Below are positions 41,573 to 54,075 of a stretch of DNA of 64,000 nt, piece after piece. The stretch is from positions 5,518,001 to 5,582,000 of the forward strand of contig CATNEN010000007.1 of assembly GCA_950097015.1 (NCBI GenBank), written 5' to 3'. The position numbers and the translations under genes are program-made. Every line of letters starts with the position of its first letter. The first letter of the stretch is position 1. Source of the DNA: Macrostomum hystrix (taxonomy: Eukaryota; Animalia; Platyhelminthes). The notes under the pieces are model-generated. The model did not search any database and had not been told where the DNA came from. It worked only from the letters and a program-made list of their open reading frames with translations.

Positions 41573-44500
41573 TCAGGCCTCCAGGCTGTCCGCGTAGCTG
41601 ACAAGGCGCACTTGGACGTCGCCAAAGTTTGCAGCCGCGTTTTGACGCAGCTTCAGCATGGCGATGCACTGCTCAACGTGCGGCCGCTCCTGGCGATGGG
41701 AATGAAAGTTAGTCACTTTTTAGACGTTCAATTTTTTCCTGAAGCGAGTTCCCTGAAGCGAGCTCTTCAAAGAGAGTTCCCTGAAGCGATTTCCCTGAAG
41801 CAAATCTACTTGAAGTGAGCTCTACCTGAAGCGTAATCAATGAGCTGGTTCACTAGAGTTTCTGGTGCGTTGAGTTCGATATTTTTGTAGCAGCTATGAG
41901 TTTGCATAAGAAAGTTAACTACTTAGGGGCTTGCATTATCATCTCAATGTTTTAAATGATAGAGACTTGCATAGAATCTGCTGTTGACGGTTGCTCACTA
42001 GACAGCTAGACAACTCACCATCGGTATTCGATGCGTCATCAGCCCGATGACAAAGTTGACGCCCTGGTCGCCCTCGAGAAGCGCTATGGGGAACTCCACA
42101 GAAGCCGATGGTGCGGAGGTGCCAAAGTAGCATTCCCACAGCATCACGCCTAGCGCGTAAATGTCGGACTTGATTGAGAAAAGCGGCTGCGGGGTCGCCA
42201 GCTCCGGCGCGAGGTAGCCCCGAGTGCCGACGAAGCTGTTCCCGGACAGCACCTCCTCGTCCTTGGCGAAGCCGAAGTCACAGATGCGCAGCTGAGCTCC
42301 GGAGCCGTCGGTCTCGCTGCCGTCCACCAGTACGTTCTCCAGCTTCAGATCGCGGTGCAAGATGTGCCGACTGTGCAAGTGCCTGACGCCAGCTAGGATC
42401 TGCTGGTAGAGTTTCAGGCAAGTCGTCAGGGCCGCGCTGGCATCATCAGCGAATGCGGGCACCAATCTCCGTCGATGTCGCAGGAGGAATTCGCGTAAGG
42501 TTGCCCTGACAACGAGGCATCAGAAGTCCGATCCGACCCAGCCGTGGAAAGTACACGCTGCCGAGGCCGGGCAGCAGGTTCGGGTGCAGGTCGGTTGCCA
42601 GCTCCCGCAGCACCTCCGCCTCCAGCAGGGCGGAGTTGGTCGCGGCGACCCGAATCAGTTTCAGGGCTAACGGAGTCGGCTGGGTGGAGAATGAAGCGAA
42701 TCTCGGTTCAGTTAAGAACTCAAGCGAGTTTCTGTCACATGCAGCAAGCGGGCTGTGGCCCACAGCCAGCAAGGAGGCAATTCTGCCCATTCCGCTGACT
42801 CCTGAGCACACTCGCACTCAGATACTGTTCACAGGCACACGCTCACAACGGGGTATAAATCTGCCCTGACTTTCTCACCGTCAGGCAGTGTACATCTCAC
42901 TGTGCCTTGGAGGTTGGCCCTCAAGGGTGTAAATCACACGACAAGCTTCCAAGCCTTCTCTCCGCGGCTGCGCCCCAAATGAATGTGGCCTCGCCGCGGA
43001 ATCGAGCTCAGGGACCTTGGTGCAAGAGGCAAACGCGTTAACCGCTCTGCCACCGACCCCCTAGCAAGCAAGTGGGCTTACTGTGTCCTTTTGCTGACGA
43101 TGACGCAGAGCGTACACGTCTGAGAAAGAGCCACCACCGATTCTTTCGCCGACGAGCGCCGCGTCCGCAACCTCGATGTCGATGCCCAGCCGACGACAGC
43201 GCTCCGCCGGTATCATCCCGTCGCCCAGTTGCACCGCGCCGTATATCTTCACGCTCGCGACGAGCCCCTGCAGCCGAGAGTGGAGATTATCCAATTGGCC
43301 AAGCAGACGCGTGGGATCCATTGTCAGTTGAGTCCTCTCCGGCGAGCCATTCTGAGGCAGGATGCAGTAGCGGTCGACAAATTCACTCAGCTTTTTCGCG
43401 TCCTCCTTAAAGAAGCGCCGCGTGTTGACAAAGAAGTTGCTGTAGATGAACCGGCTGGTGAGCTTGTCGAGAAAGTCCCAAGCAGTCGTCTCGGAGCTTT
43501 TCAACCGATTGGCGCTTGCTAGTTGGAGTCAGAACTTGAGGACGATTGCGACGGAAAAACGACACGGGGCCCATGATGGCCGCCGTGATGACCACCAGAG
43601 GCACGAACAGCGGCATGCCGATACTCACCGCCAGATTCTGCATCAGACTGGGCCGCATGGGCTGGCAGCCCAGCTGCCGAATGCCAACGCTGATAACCGT
43701 CTGGCTGCTGAGACTGTCGCCGTATTCCGGGTTTTGGTTTGATGGTCCCTCGTCGACATCAGACGCTGCCGATCCTGATCCTGAGGATTCTGACTGCTGT
43801 GGCGACACAGGCAGCGGGCCGCAGAATGAGTTGGAGGCGCAGCAGACTAGCAGCTCCGGAATGCCCTGTGCCTGGCGCTGCAGTTTCCGCAGGTGCTGCA
43901 CTCGCGACTCGGCAATGTCTCTGTCCAGCAGCGTCAAAACCCGAGTTTGGCGGTTCCAGGCGTACAGTTCTGCTGACACCTGCTCCATCAGGCACCGTTG
44001 TAGCTCCTGTTTGCCGAGCTGCGGGTACCGCTAGGCTGTGCTGCGCATAGGCAGCCGCCAGCCGGTCCTTGACCTCCTGCTGACGCAAGTGGAACTCAAT
44101 CTGCACTGAAAGGTCGCCCAGCCGGTTATCTAGCAATCGTTGGAAACTGCGAGCCGCTGACTCAGCCGACTCCTGGAGCCGCTGCAGATCACCGTCTAGT
44201 TTTCGAGGCGGCCGTCGTTGCCTTTCGTCGGAAAAGTCGGCGGTGCGCTTGCTCACCAGGACGCCTCGCACCGACCGGGTTAGAGTCGTGAGGCCCCCCA
44301 ACAAGCGCCGGAGACTCTCCCGCTGCAGCTGGTACAGCTGGCCAGTCAGCAGGTCGCCAAGCTGCCAGTCACCGTCCACCAGTACGCGGCTTCGTCGCTC
44401 CTCGTTTCCAAGGTACAAATTCGCGCAAACTTGGCTTCCACCAGACAGCGGGCCGATTCAAAGAAAGCCGGTCCGCTGCTGGCGTCAATGATAAAGTACA

Positions 44501-45339
44501 GTTGGCCCTGTACCACCGAAAGCGATGTTTGCGCTTCATCAATGTGCAGCAGGAGTCCATGTTCCACTGCCTCAAAAATTTCCCGCTCGTGCTCTGACAT
44601 TGTGGCGTCCTTTTCTGAGTATGTGTCGTCAGTTGCATCACCTGCTGTCAGGCGCTGCAGGAAAAGTGCGCAGCTAGACATAAATCTGCGTAGTCGGCGT
44701 CGAGTACCCGACGTTAGGCGCGGCGCAATGACCACCTGGATCTTGTCCAGGTTGGGGCAGTTGATCCGTAGCTCCCAGTCGTCAACAACAACCTCGCCAT
44801 ACTCGCCGATGTACTCGAACGTGACTTCATCTTCGTTGCTGCTTCTGGTCTGAGCAATCAGCCAACCAATGCATCGCTGCTAGCCAGTCGACGAACTCGC
44901 GCTGCTGATCGCGCGAATCATTCTCTGCAGGCTGCTGGCGGTGCTGACGAGGTCTTTGTAGCAGTTTTGCGTGACAACCCTCGACGAAAGGGTCGTGCTT
45001 AACCCACAAAAGGCCGCCATCCGACGGCACGCGCTTTGAGCGCAGGGTCTCCACAAGCGACGCGGACATCTCGTCACCGTCCAACAAGCCAGCGAAGTCG
45101 ACCAGGGCGCCCTGGCCGCTGAAGAGGAGACCCGGCTGGGCATCCGACAGGTTGTCCGAGGCTGCCTGCGTTGCCTCGGCACAGCGGGTTGCCTTGTCGC
45201 AGAGGCGCCGGTCAAGCAGAAGTCCGCTGGCTAGACCTGCTCGAATCTCGCCAATCGCAGCTGCGTGATTGGCGGAGAGCCACGACTGCGACTCGGCGAA
45301 CTGGTCCAGGCAGCGCTGGACTGGCGCGCTCAGCCGCAT
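41573..45339 (-). pseudogene. Protein kinase with long N-terminal extension (DSTYK/RIP5-like), disrupted by ~5 frameshifts
   Basis: IGGGSFSDVY, ALK, HRDLKLENVL, DFGFAKDEEVLSGNSFVGT..YLAPE, SDIYALGVMLWE, PM|ERP. Introns 43081-42680 and 42018-41690 are GT-AG and phase 0. The frame changes near 44850, 44420, 44000, 43490 and 42460. Confidence 0.75.
42750..43060 (-). mobile_element. SINE family A copy inside a kinase intron
   Basis: Reverse complement of 4147-4450 (ggggtcggtggcagagcgg...ctcgattccgcggcgaggcc...gctggctg). Confidence 0.9.
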
Positions 45340-45451
45340 CGTAGAACTGCGCTGGGTTTTGGAAACGACGTTTATGCATCAGGATCAGGGAGTTGAGACT
45401 TGAGGCTTTGCAGGGGCTCAAGATTATTACCCAATACTCGTAGGGAGTTGA

Positions 45452-45657
45452 ATTAATAATAATAATTTAATACACCTGCCTTAGTTAGATTGCAAGGTGC
45501 ATCTAAAGTTCAGTCCATGGACTGGGTGGATATCACACCCACCCTCCATTGGCCCAGCTGATGCTGGTTAACAGCTGGGTGAGCTGAAGCGATGCAAAGT
45601 TAAGTGTCTTGCTAAAGGACCCAAATCGACCTTCAAGTCATGAGTCCGACTCTCCAA
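45452..45657 (-). mobile_element. SINE family B copy
   Basis: Reverse complement of the CORE region (cctttagcaagacacttaac...cacccagctgtt) with an (ATT)n tail. Confidence 0.75.
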
Positions 45658-46199
45658 AAACATTACAACAACCCCTTCTTGGGATCGTCAACTGTGAAAC
45701 TTCGCCATCGTACGGAATATGTAGCGACATCAACTAAGACAAGTTATTTCGAAAATACTCAAAACTTACCAGAGAAAGATTCAGTTAAACACTTGCGCTG
45801 CTGTTAGAGAAGAAAATTTAGTTTAATCAAAGCAAGCACTCATTGCAAAAGCAGAGTTCAGAAAGGTGGCGATAAAGCAGTCGCTGCAGCCATTTATTTT
45901 ATATCTCTAATTCTGGGCAGGGGTGGAGTGTGCAATAGGCTATGGCTGCAACATGCAGTGAATGTACATTCACTCTCTCTCTCTCAGCAGTGTACGCATC
46001 TGTGCACTTAAATGGGGTTTTCCGCGGGATTGCCATCGAATTCCCGCATTTGCTGCGACTTGTAAACGACCCATTGATGGTAATCAGCGAAAACAGAATG
46101 ATGTCTAGAGGGGCCTAGGGGGACAAGGATGTGCCTTGCAGTCATGGTTCAGCACTTTAACAAACATGTGAAGCTAAAAATGAGCATTGAATATAGATT

Positions 46200-46430
46200 C
46201 ATGGGGTGGTATGACATGACTCGAAGGTCCCGGGTTCAGTTCTTAACTCAACTTGAATAAAATTTGTGTCCTCAACTTGAGCAAAATAGGTACCAGCATC
46301 CAGCATGGCGTAATTGAAGGTGGGTGTAGCGTCCCCCCAGTCCATGGACTGAACAGCCGTACGCAGCCTTCAGATGCGCCTCGCAATAGCAGCGCCTGTG
46401 CCTTAGACTGTACGTGGCCCAATTATTATC
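46200..46430 (+). mobile_element. SINE family B, partial copy
   Basis: ggtaccagcatccagc...gtcccccagtccatggactgaacagccgtacgcagccttcagatgcgcc matches the 3' part of family B. Confidence 0.7.
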
Positions 46431-47464
46431 ATTCTTCTCACAGTGAACCTTTCAATTGCCTTTAATGAAGCCTTCAATGAGCTGGCAGTCACGACTTTGA
46501 ACAATATCATGTTCTCACTGTCACTCATTGTTGAATTCGGACAGCCTGCAACAGATTCTGACCAAACTAGGCTATGTTTCAGCATGGTTACTGCTAATGT
46601 TCATCTTCGAGTAATCCTAGTTGAAATGCACTAGAGAGTAACTAGTATTTTCAATTAAAGCCTTTTAGCTTGAAATTCGATCGCTTTTTCTGTAGACATA
46701 AGAAACGCAGAGAGGTCGTGTCATCAGTTTGACCATTTTAATATAAAATGCTACTACTATCTACCAGACTCTCTTTACTCGTGATGAGGAAGATGCGGAC
46801 TTTCAAATTTCAAAGAGCATCGGTCGCTGCAATTTAGAAGAATGGAAGCATCCTTCCTTTCCCGAGTCATTTTTTTCCGGTTCGATTGGTCCCTGCAAAG
46901 TACTGTCCCGGTCTCATTTCATCTCTATCGACTCTTGAGATGTCAGACTTCTCACTGGGCCTGACTTTCTCAATCCTGCATTGAGTTAATATCTCAAGAT
47001 AACCTATTAGGCCTGGCTTCATCAAAGTGCTTTGATCAAGCTGACAAGGGTATTAGTTCGCTTGAATAGATATAAATTGAGATTGATCAAGGGATTGGGC
47101 AATGGGAACCCGGATCCCAGAGCATTGTTGAGATGGTGCAGCAGATTGCGAGGTTGGAATGTTGACTGCAAAGTGATTTGATTCCCAACAGGCTAGCGAC
47201 TATGGGCAAAAAATGAAATTCTCACTTTGAACTCAGGTGTTGAAATCGAGGAGTAAACAAGTTGCGAATAAACAGACCACGAGAAGGCATCTGCCCAGTC
47301 GTCACCGTTCAGGAGAAATATTTTTCGATTCGCTCGCTTCTGCCGTCCAATGACTGCTCAACGGCCTTGGGGCAAAAATCTAAAAAACACTGTCCAAAAC
47401 ACTAGTACAAGGGGCATGAGATTCTGACTGGTCAGCACTCACCTTGGGTTGACTCTGTTCAAGA

Positions 47465-48574
47465 ATGTTCTCATTGCTAGAGTTCTCAGGCAACTGCTCA
47501 ACTGATGGCTCCGTTAACGGCACCGCACCGAGTCACGACTCGCGGGGCGAGTTCAAGGGCCTCTTCAAGCTGGCCATTGTTGGCATCGGCACCGCCAATC
47601 TCTTGCTCAACACAGTCTGCTTCTTCGTGTTCCTGCGTCATCGGCAGAAGGAGCCCACAATGCGGATGCTGCTGCTGTTCCTGTCTGCCACCGAGATTAT
47701 GGCCAGCTTCGGCATGACGAGCGTTGAGATTCTGCGGGCCGTGACCGAGATCGCTAGAGAGCACGTCTCGTATGCGTCCTTCGCGGTTGCCAAGGCAACC
47801 ATTAGCTACCTGAGCGTCGCCTGGGTGCTGGCCAACTCGGCGCTGATGGCGCGCAACTGGTGCATTGTCCTGATCGCCGCCACCCGCAGCGAAGTCGTCC
47901 TCCGGCCATTCGCCCGCAACACCGGCCGCTGCTTCAGCCGCCGGATTGTCATGGCCAACTTCGCCTGTATCGTGACGCTGGGCCTGAGCTTCGGCCTGCC
48001 GAAGGCGTCACAGGAGGAGTTCCACTTCTGCGCCGAAACTGGCCGCATCTTCAACCGCCTGCCGCTGCTACCGTTCCGCGGCTACAACGAATTCTGCCTG
48101 GCCTCGATGCTCTTCCAGGCCGTTCTGCCGGTCCTGGCTGTGGGTCTCGCGTCCGTCGCCATGACGGTGGGGCTGCGCCGACACCGGCAAGGCCAGCCGG
48201 AGGGCCTCAACCCCAGCCAGGTGCAGTGCAACAAAGCCACTCGCACAGTGCAGATGCTGCTGCTGGCCTTTGTCAGCATGGAGTTGCCGATGTTCGTCAT
48301 GGTGCTGGTTGGTCTGAGGCTACCGGAGGAGAGCCAGTTCTGGGACGTGTTCATGAGTTACGCCATGGAGGTTGCGAACCTGTGCATCACTCTGGACTCC
48401 ACCTGCAATTTTTTTGTCTACATGCTGACGAATTCAGCCTTTAGAGACGCTGTCCTACGAAGGCGCGGCGGGCGGCAACAGCAGCAGCAGCGAAATTTGC
48501 AGCTTCTGCAACAGCAGCAGCAGCACCAGCAGTTGTTGCGGCAGAGGAAAAATAACAGCGAAATCGATTTTTAA
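47465..48574 (+). CDS. Rhodopsin-family 7TM GPCR (peptide-receptor-like), intronless
   Basis: Seven hydrophobic segments, N-glycosylation sites at the N-terminus, TM1 Asn, ARNW..VLIAATR in place of DRY, TM5 LP, TM6 FVSMELP, TM7 LDSTCNFFVY, poly-Q tail. Confidence 0.9.
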   Translation: MFSLLEFSGNCSTDGSVNGTAPSHDSRGEFKGLFKLAIVGIGTANLLLNTVCFFVFLRHRQKEPTMRMLLLFLSATEIMASFGMTSVEILRAVTEIAREHVSYASFAVAKATISYLSVAWVLANSALMARNWCIVLIAATRSEVVLRPFARNTGRCFSRRIVMANFACIVTLGLSFGLPKASQEEFHFCAETGRIFNRLPLLPFRGYNEFCLASMLFQAVLPVLAVGLASVAMTVGLRRHRQGQPEGLNPSQVQCNKATRTVQMLLLAFVSMELPMFVMVLVGLRLPEESQFWDVFMSYAMEVANLCITLDSTCNFFVYMLTNSAFRDAVLRRRGGRQQQQQRNLQLLQQQQQHQQLLRQRKNNSEIDF

Positions 48575-49368
48575 TTACCGACTTTTTAGACTGGACGCTT
48601 GCAAACAAATTACTTCTCGAGTTAATTGAAACTGGACTTATAAAAACAATTGCAGCACCAAGATAAATAAGATTTCTAAGAGCCCTACTCGTGTGTCGTC
48701 AGAGCTCTTCGAAACCCATCCGCCTAATGTATTCCGCTCAAAGCGTTCTTAAGTGCCGTCCCATGCGACTTTGGCGCAGAGTCCTACTTATTTGATCTTG
48801 GCGAGGGTGGGGGTGGGGTAACTCGTTGGTCCACAGAAACACAATCACTCTGTTCAACTCTGTCCGAATATGCATTTTCTATTTTCTCTTGAGTCTAACA
48901 GTCCAACTAACCCGGGTCATCAATTTCCATTTCATCTCGCAGCTCGCAGATCTACTCGGCACGTCTCACTGCGCTTCGGCTCCCCCCCATTGTGGACAGC
49001 AGGGTGGGATTTTTTATTTCATAATATCCCCCCCAGACTGAAATGCTTCGCTTTGCCGATTTGGGCAGTCTGTTTACCTCTATTTTGAACGACCACACCC
49101 GTGCAATGAATGCTAGCAGCTTGAAGTGCAAAGGCATTCCTTCGCAGTTTGTTTCAATGCAGGCCTGGACTTACAAAATGGGCGGAATTGCCTTCTCGAC
49201 GCCTGAGGATCGACCGTCACCATTTGATGTTCCAGAGATCACAGCTCACTGGAAATTGTTGTTACTGCAGCTATTATAACTACTACTAGTTACTACTATG
49301 ATAATTACTACTATTACTGCGAGTTTTACAATCAAACAAGTTCGATTTAGGCGGTTGTAGGGATTAGA

Positions 49369-49621
49369 GGGGTTGCAGCCTGGTAGTTGGGGCGTCGGAC
49401 TCACGAATTGAAGGTCGGGGGTTCGATTCCCGACTCCACTGGAACAATTTGTATCCTTTAGCAAGACACTTAACTCTGCATTGCTTCAGTTCACCCAGCT
49501 GTTAAATGGGTATCAGCTGGGGTAATTGAGGGTGGGTGTGGCGTCCCCCCAGTCCATGGACTGAGCAGTTGTACGCAGCTGTCGGCTGCACATCCGGCCC
49601 AATTGGGGCAGGTGTGATCAA
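49369..49621 (+). mobile_element. tRNA-derived SINE family B with CORE-like central domain
   Basis: tRNA-like head with B box GGTTCGATTCCC. Central TGTATCCTTTAGCAAGACACTTAACTCTGCATTGCTTCAGTTCACCCAGCTGTTAAATGGGTA aligns by eye with the MIR/CORE consensus. Followed by an (ATT)n-like tail. Confidence 0.85.
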
Positions 49622-50327
49622 GTGTTGATTTATTATTATTAATTATCGATTTAGTTGCGTCCGTAAAAATGATCAAATTTGTTATAAAACTTACAGCTGA
49701 AGGATGTCTGGGGTCAGGGGTGTGAGGGAAATTTATGTCCAAAAACTCCCCAGCATTCTAAGCAACATTTAAATCAAATCAAATCAAACAGACAAACTAA
49801 CTATATCGAGAAGGATTCGCGTTAAAAAAAGCTTGGTTGCTAATGACAACAATCCAAGCTGAAAATGGGAGGGCACAGCTAGCCTGAGCCAAAGCTGATG
49901 CTTGATTGAGCTGGGCAATGCTGCTCAGGAAATTGCATTAAAAAAGGGCTTGTACACCTTTCCCAATTGAAAATTTCCCCTGTCTCTCATTCATTCTGGA
50001 TTCCGGGTGGTGGGTGGGATCGTCTGGGAGTTCAAGAGAGCGGCTCGAAAACTTCCGGAGCGTGAGGGGAGAAAAGGCTGAGAGCGTCAGGGGGTCGTCC
50101 GTTTTATTGCAAAATTCTGTATTTTGTGAAAGAAGTGTCATTTTATTTTTTATCCCTGCGATGTGTAGGAACAAAAAGTAGGTAAAAATCATTTTTTAAG
50201 CAATTCCAGACAAGCTTGTGAGGGATTGAGTTAATGAAAAATTTTTCCTTAATTCAAGTTCTGTAGTTTCAATTCACTAAATACCGTTCTGCTTCATAAA
50301 CTCGTTTAAGGGTCGTTAATTATATGC

Positions 50328-51172
50328 TTAGCTTGTCACTTTCTCCGCAGTTTCGAGCTGCTTTGGTTCCATCAGCTTGTCACATTCTCTGCAGTTTAAG
50401 CTGCTTTGGTTCCATCAGCTTGTCACATTCTCTGCAGTTTGAGCTGCTTTGGTTCCATCAGCTTGTCACATTCTCCGCAGTTCGAGCTGCTTTGGTTCCA
50501 TCAGCTTGTCACATTCTCCGCAGTTCGAGCTGCTTTGGTTCCATCAGCTTGTCACATTCTCTGCAGCTCGAGCTGCTTTGGTTCCATCAGCTTGTCACAT
50601 TCTCCGCAGTTCGAGCTGCTTTGGTTCCATCAGCTTGTCAGATTCTCCGCAGTTCGAGCTGCTTTGGTTCCATCAGCTTGTCACATTCTCTGCAGCTCGA
50701 GCTGCTTTGGTTCCATCAGCTTGTCACATTCTCCGCAGTTCGAGCTGCTTTGGTTCCATCAGCTTGTCACATTCTCCGCAGTTCGAGCTGCTTTGGTTCC
50801 ATCAGCTTGTCAGATTCTCCGCAGTTCGAGCTGCTTTGGTTCCATCAGCTTGTCACATTCTCTGCAGTTCGAGCTGCTTTGGTTCCATCAGCTTGTCACA
50901 TTCTCCGCAGTTCGAGCTGCTTTGGTTCCATCAGCTTGTCACATTCTCCGCAGTTCGAGCTGCTTTGGTTCCATCAGCTTGTCACATTCTCCGCAGTTCG
51001 AGCTGCTTTGGTTCCATCAGCTTGTCACATTCTCTGCAGTTCGAGCTGCTTTGGTTCCATCAGCTTGTCACATTCTCTGCAGTTTAAGCTGCTTTGGTTC
51101 CATCAGCTTGTCACATTCTCTGCAGTTCGAGCTGCTTTGGTTCCATCAGCTTGTCACATTCTCTGCAGTTTA
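50328..51172 (+). repeat. 43-bp minisatellite (AGCTTGTCACATTCTC[C/T]GCAGTTCGAGCTGCTTTGGTTCCATC)
   Basis: About 19.5 near-identical units. Confidence 0.97.
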
Positions 51173-51844
51173 AACCTAGCTTCATATCGTAAGCTTCATA
51201 AATAAAGCTGTCAAGCGGATTCCCATCATCGGTAAACTCACAAATTTCCTATTTTCCGTGCACTCAACTCCGTATACCCACCGCATGCAACTCAGACATT
51301 TTCAGTCGACTGAGAATCCTGCTGGAAAATGGATAACTCGTGTTCTAATGCGGTCCAATCAACCCGGCTTTCATTTATACATCTTCCGTCGCATTTGCGA
51401 CAGACGAAATGGCATTCGGTCTGCCATTTCGTCCGCCTGTCACCCCTCCTCCCGAGTCTGAGGCTCAGCCAGACTTCCTTGCTGCCTTGTCAAATTCCCC
51501 AAGTTGATAAATTGATTCCAAATGAACTCAAAGAAGCATCGATTTGCTTTATTTCCAACGATTATTAATCAGTTCACGTACGAGCGTACTTCCTACAGGA
51601 AAATTTCCTATTTGCACTTTAATGAGAGCCGAGTCAGGAAATCTCAGGATTCTAGAGAGCTTCCAGATGATAGAAGATGATAGATTCTAGAATAGGAACA
51701 GCTGGGGTAGACAGGATCAAGATGAAATCGAAAAGGGAAAAAACTCAGGCCTGGAACGAATTGAAATAGAAATTAAACCAAGCCCAGTAGGGTCACATGT
51801 ACAGGCCGTGGTACAGCCGCAGCTGTTGCGGCTCTGAACAGAGA

Positions 51845-52090
51845 CGGCTGTTCAGTCTGTGGACTGGGGGGTGACGCCACAACCCATTTAACAGCTGGGT
51901 GAACTGAAGCAATGCAGAGTTAAGCGTCTCGCTAAAGGACACAAATTGTTCCAGTGGAGTCGGGAATCGAACCCCCGACCTTCAAGTCGTGAGTCCGATT
52001 CTCCAACCCCCTTGAAGGACACAAATTGCCTTGGCCTGAGAATCGAACTCTCGACCTCTTGGTCAGAATTTCGAAGCCCCAACCACTATA
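51845..52090 (-). mobile_element. SINE family B copy with a second tRNA-like head fragment
   Basis: Reverse complement of family B (cccatttaacagctgggtgaactgaagcaatgc...gggaatcgaacccccgacc). A second gaatcgaactc-containing head follows at 52015-52090. Confidence 0.8.
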
Positions 52091-53797
52091 CTATCGTTGC
52101 TGAGAAGTAAACAGACAGTTGTGCTCAAATACGGCGCAAGTGAATGACAACATTCTCTTGTTGTGAGCTCAAGTTGAAATCCTGCGATCACTTATCTTGG
52201 ACTAATCCGAGTGAAGCAAAATCTACGATTGAAATCCCACTTCTGAAGACATGAAGTGCCTTTCCCTCACCTTGTCTGTCTTTCTCGCACGCCTTAATTA
52301 GATTCTCTAGAGCTCCGACTTGAACAAAATCCCCCTACCTGACTGGACCGTAAACTAGGGGATAATACCCCAACGGAGCCCCGAGGGGATCTTAATCCCC
52401 TCGCCAAAGTCGCCCAATTTTTTCGCAAGCTTCCGGCAGGTCCGCCAGGCCCTCCTTTGCTAGCAGGGGATCCAGCAAGAAGTCGGCTTTGACCCTAGCT
52501 GCAAAGAGAAGGCCTCGCTTATAGGACTCATTAAGAGCTAGAGTTGGAACTGCTGGCATCACGCACGCCCCAGATTATAGGGAAAAGATTTGATTGGCTA
52601 GACAGGAAAGCAGCATTCGGGACAGACGAGAAGATAAAACCTGACCAAATAAACACTCGGGGCAGGCCAAAGCTTATCTTATTTTTCTTTAAGAAACTAA
52701 AATTTTAAGGTTTAGCAAAGTTATTTTCAAATCTAATTTAGAATGCAAAGTTAGCAGAATAAAAGCAATCTATTAGCAAGAGTTTGAAATTATCATGAAA
52801 GTTCAGGAACAAAATTTCAAAGATTGCCACAGTTGAATAGTTTGTGAAATAGTTATTAAGAACAAATACAAAATGCTTAGGCAAAAAATGCACAAACAAG
52901 TATATTTCTTTACTTCAAGTAGTATATATTATTTTACCTTTTTGTTAAATTCTTCGATCGCCCTATATTTCTCAGACATTATTACAGGCTCTCAAAGTGA
53001 CTGTTTGCGTTAATTATAGTTCTGCCTTACATAACACTTCATGCTAAATTACGAGTATATTACGAGAAAACTGCGCGTCTACTTTCAGTAGCAATAGACC
53101 GACTTTTTATTAAAAGTACACAGAGTGAATGAGAATTTAATTCCTGCGCCTACTAGTCATGCAATATTGATTTTTTTCATCGTAGCTTCTTATGCAAGTT
53201 CCAATGCAAAAGCGAGACTGGTGAATGGCAAAAAACTATTGAATTTTATTAAAGTGCTTTGGATCTGGATCTATCATGTGACTGGTTGTGCTCAAAACCA
53301 TTTTTATTCCCGTACAAAAAAGCTGCCTTAGTTAAACAATTCTGCAGCTTAATTTCTCTTCTTCGTACTAGATGAAGATGGGGCAGCTGCAGCTGCAAGG
53401 AGTGCAGAAAAGTTGGACAAAAGCAGCAAATGGACACGCGAGCCAATTAGTGAGTGGCGACTACTTCATAGCGGAATTAACTTGCTTATTGGCAGGAGGA
53501 CCGCCTTCCAATACCCGCTGCCTACTCCACGATTGCTGCCAATCGAATGACCGATTCTAGTGAAATTCCACACTGTGGATACAAACTTTCCGGCCAGAGT
53601 CAGCATCGTCGAGATGTTCAGCAATTCTTGTCGAAGACCCTGGTGACAAGGACATTGCTGTGTATCAACAGATAACCGATAATAATAGCAGCGATAGTTC
53701 CTGATAAAATTTTGTCAGCAGAAAAAATTATGCAGAAAATGTTAGTCCGTGTTCTGGATTTTCATGGCGATTTGTTGAATATTTTTGCAGATTAATT

Positions 53798-54075
53798 GAT
53801 TACACCTGCCCCCATTGGGTCAGACGTGCAGCCGACAGCACAGCCGCTGCTATTGCGCGGCGCATCTGAAGGCTGCGTACAGCTGTTCAGTCCATGGACT
53901 GGGGGGACGCCACACCCTACCTTCAGTTATCCCAGCTGATGCTGGTACCCATTTAACAGCTGGGTGAACTGAAGCAATGCAGAATTAAGCGTCTCGCTAA
54001 AGGACACAAATTGTTCTAGTGGAGTCGGGAATCGAACCCCCGACCTTCAAGTCAGTGAGTCACTAGGCTACAACC
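53798..54075 (-). mobile_element. SINE family B, near full-length copy
   Basis: Reverse complement of 49369-49621 including head, CORE-like domain and 3' ggggcaggtgtaatca. Confidence 0.87.

Noticed and set aside
49369-49445. tRNA-like sequences with B boxes (also 4147-4220 and 54010-54075)
   Set aside because: They are SINE heads continuing into repeat bodies, and I could not fold convincing cloverleafs.
50328-51172. Regular 43-bp array (and the 34-bp array at 62930-64000) as possible CRISPR
   Set aside because: Units are head-to-tail with no unique spacers, there are no cas genes, and the context is eukaryotic.
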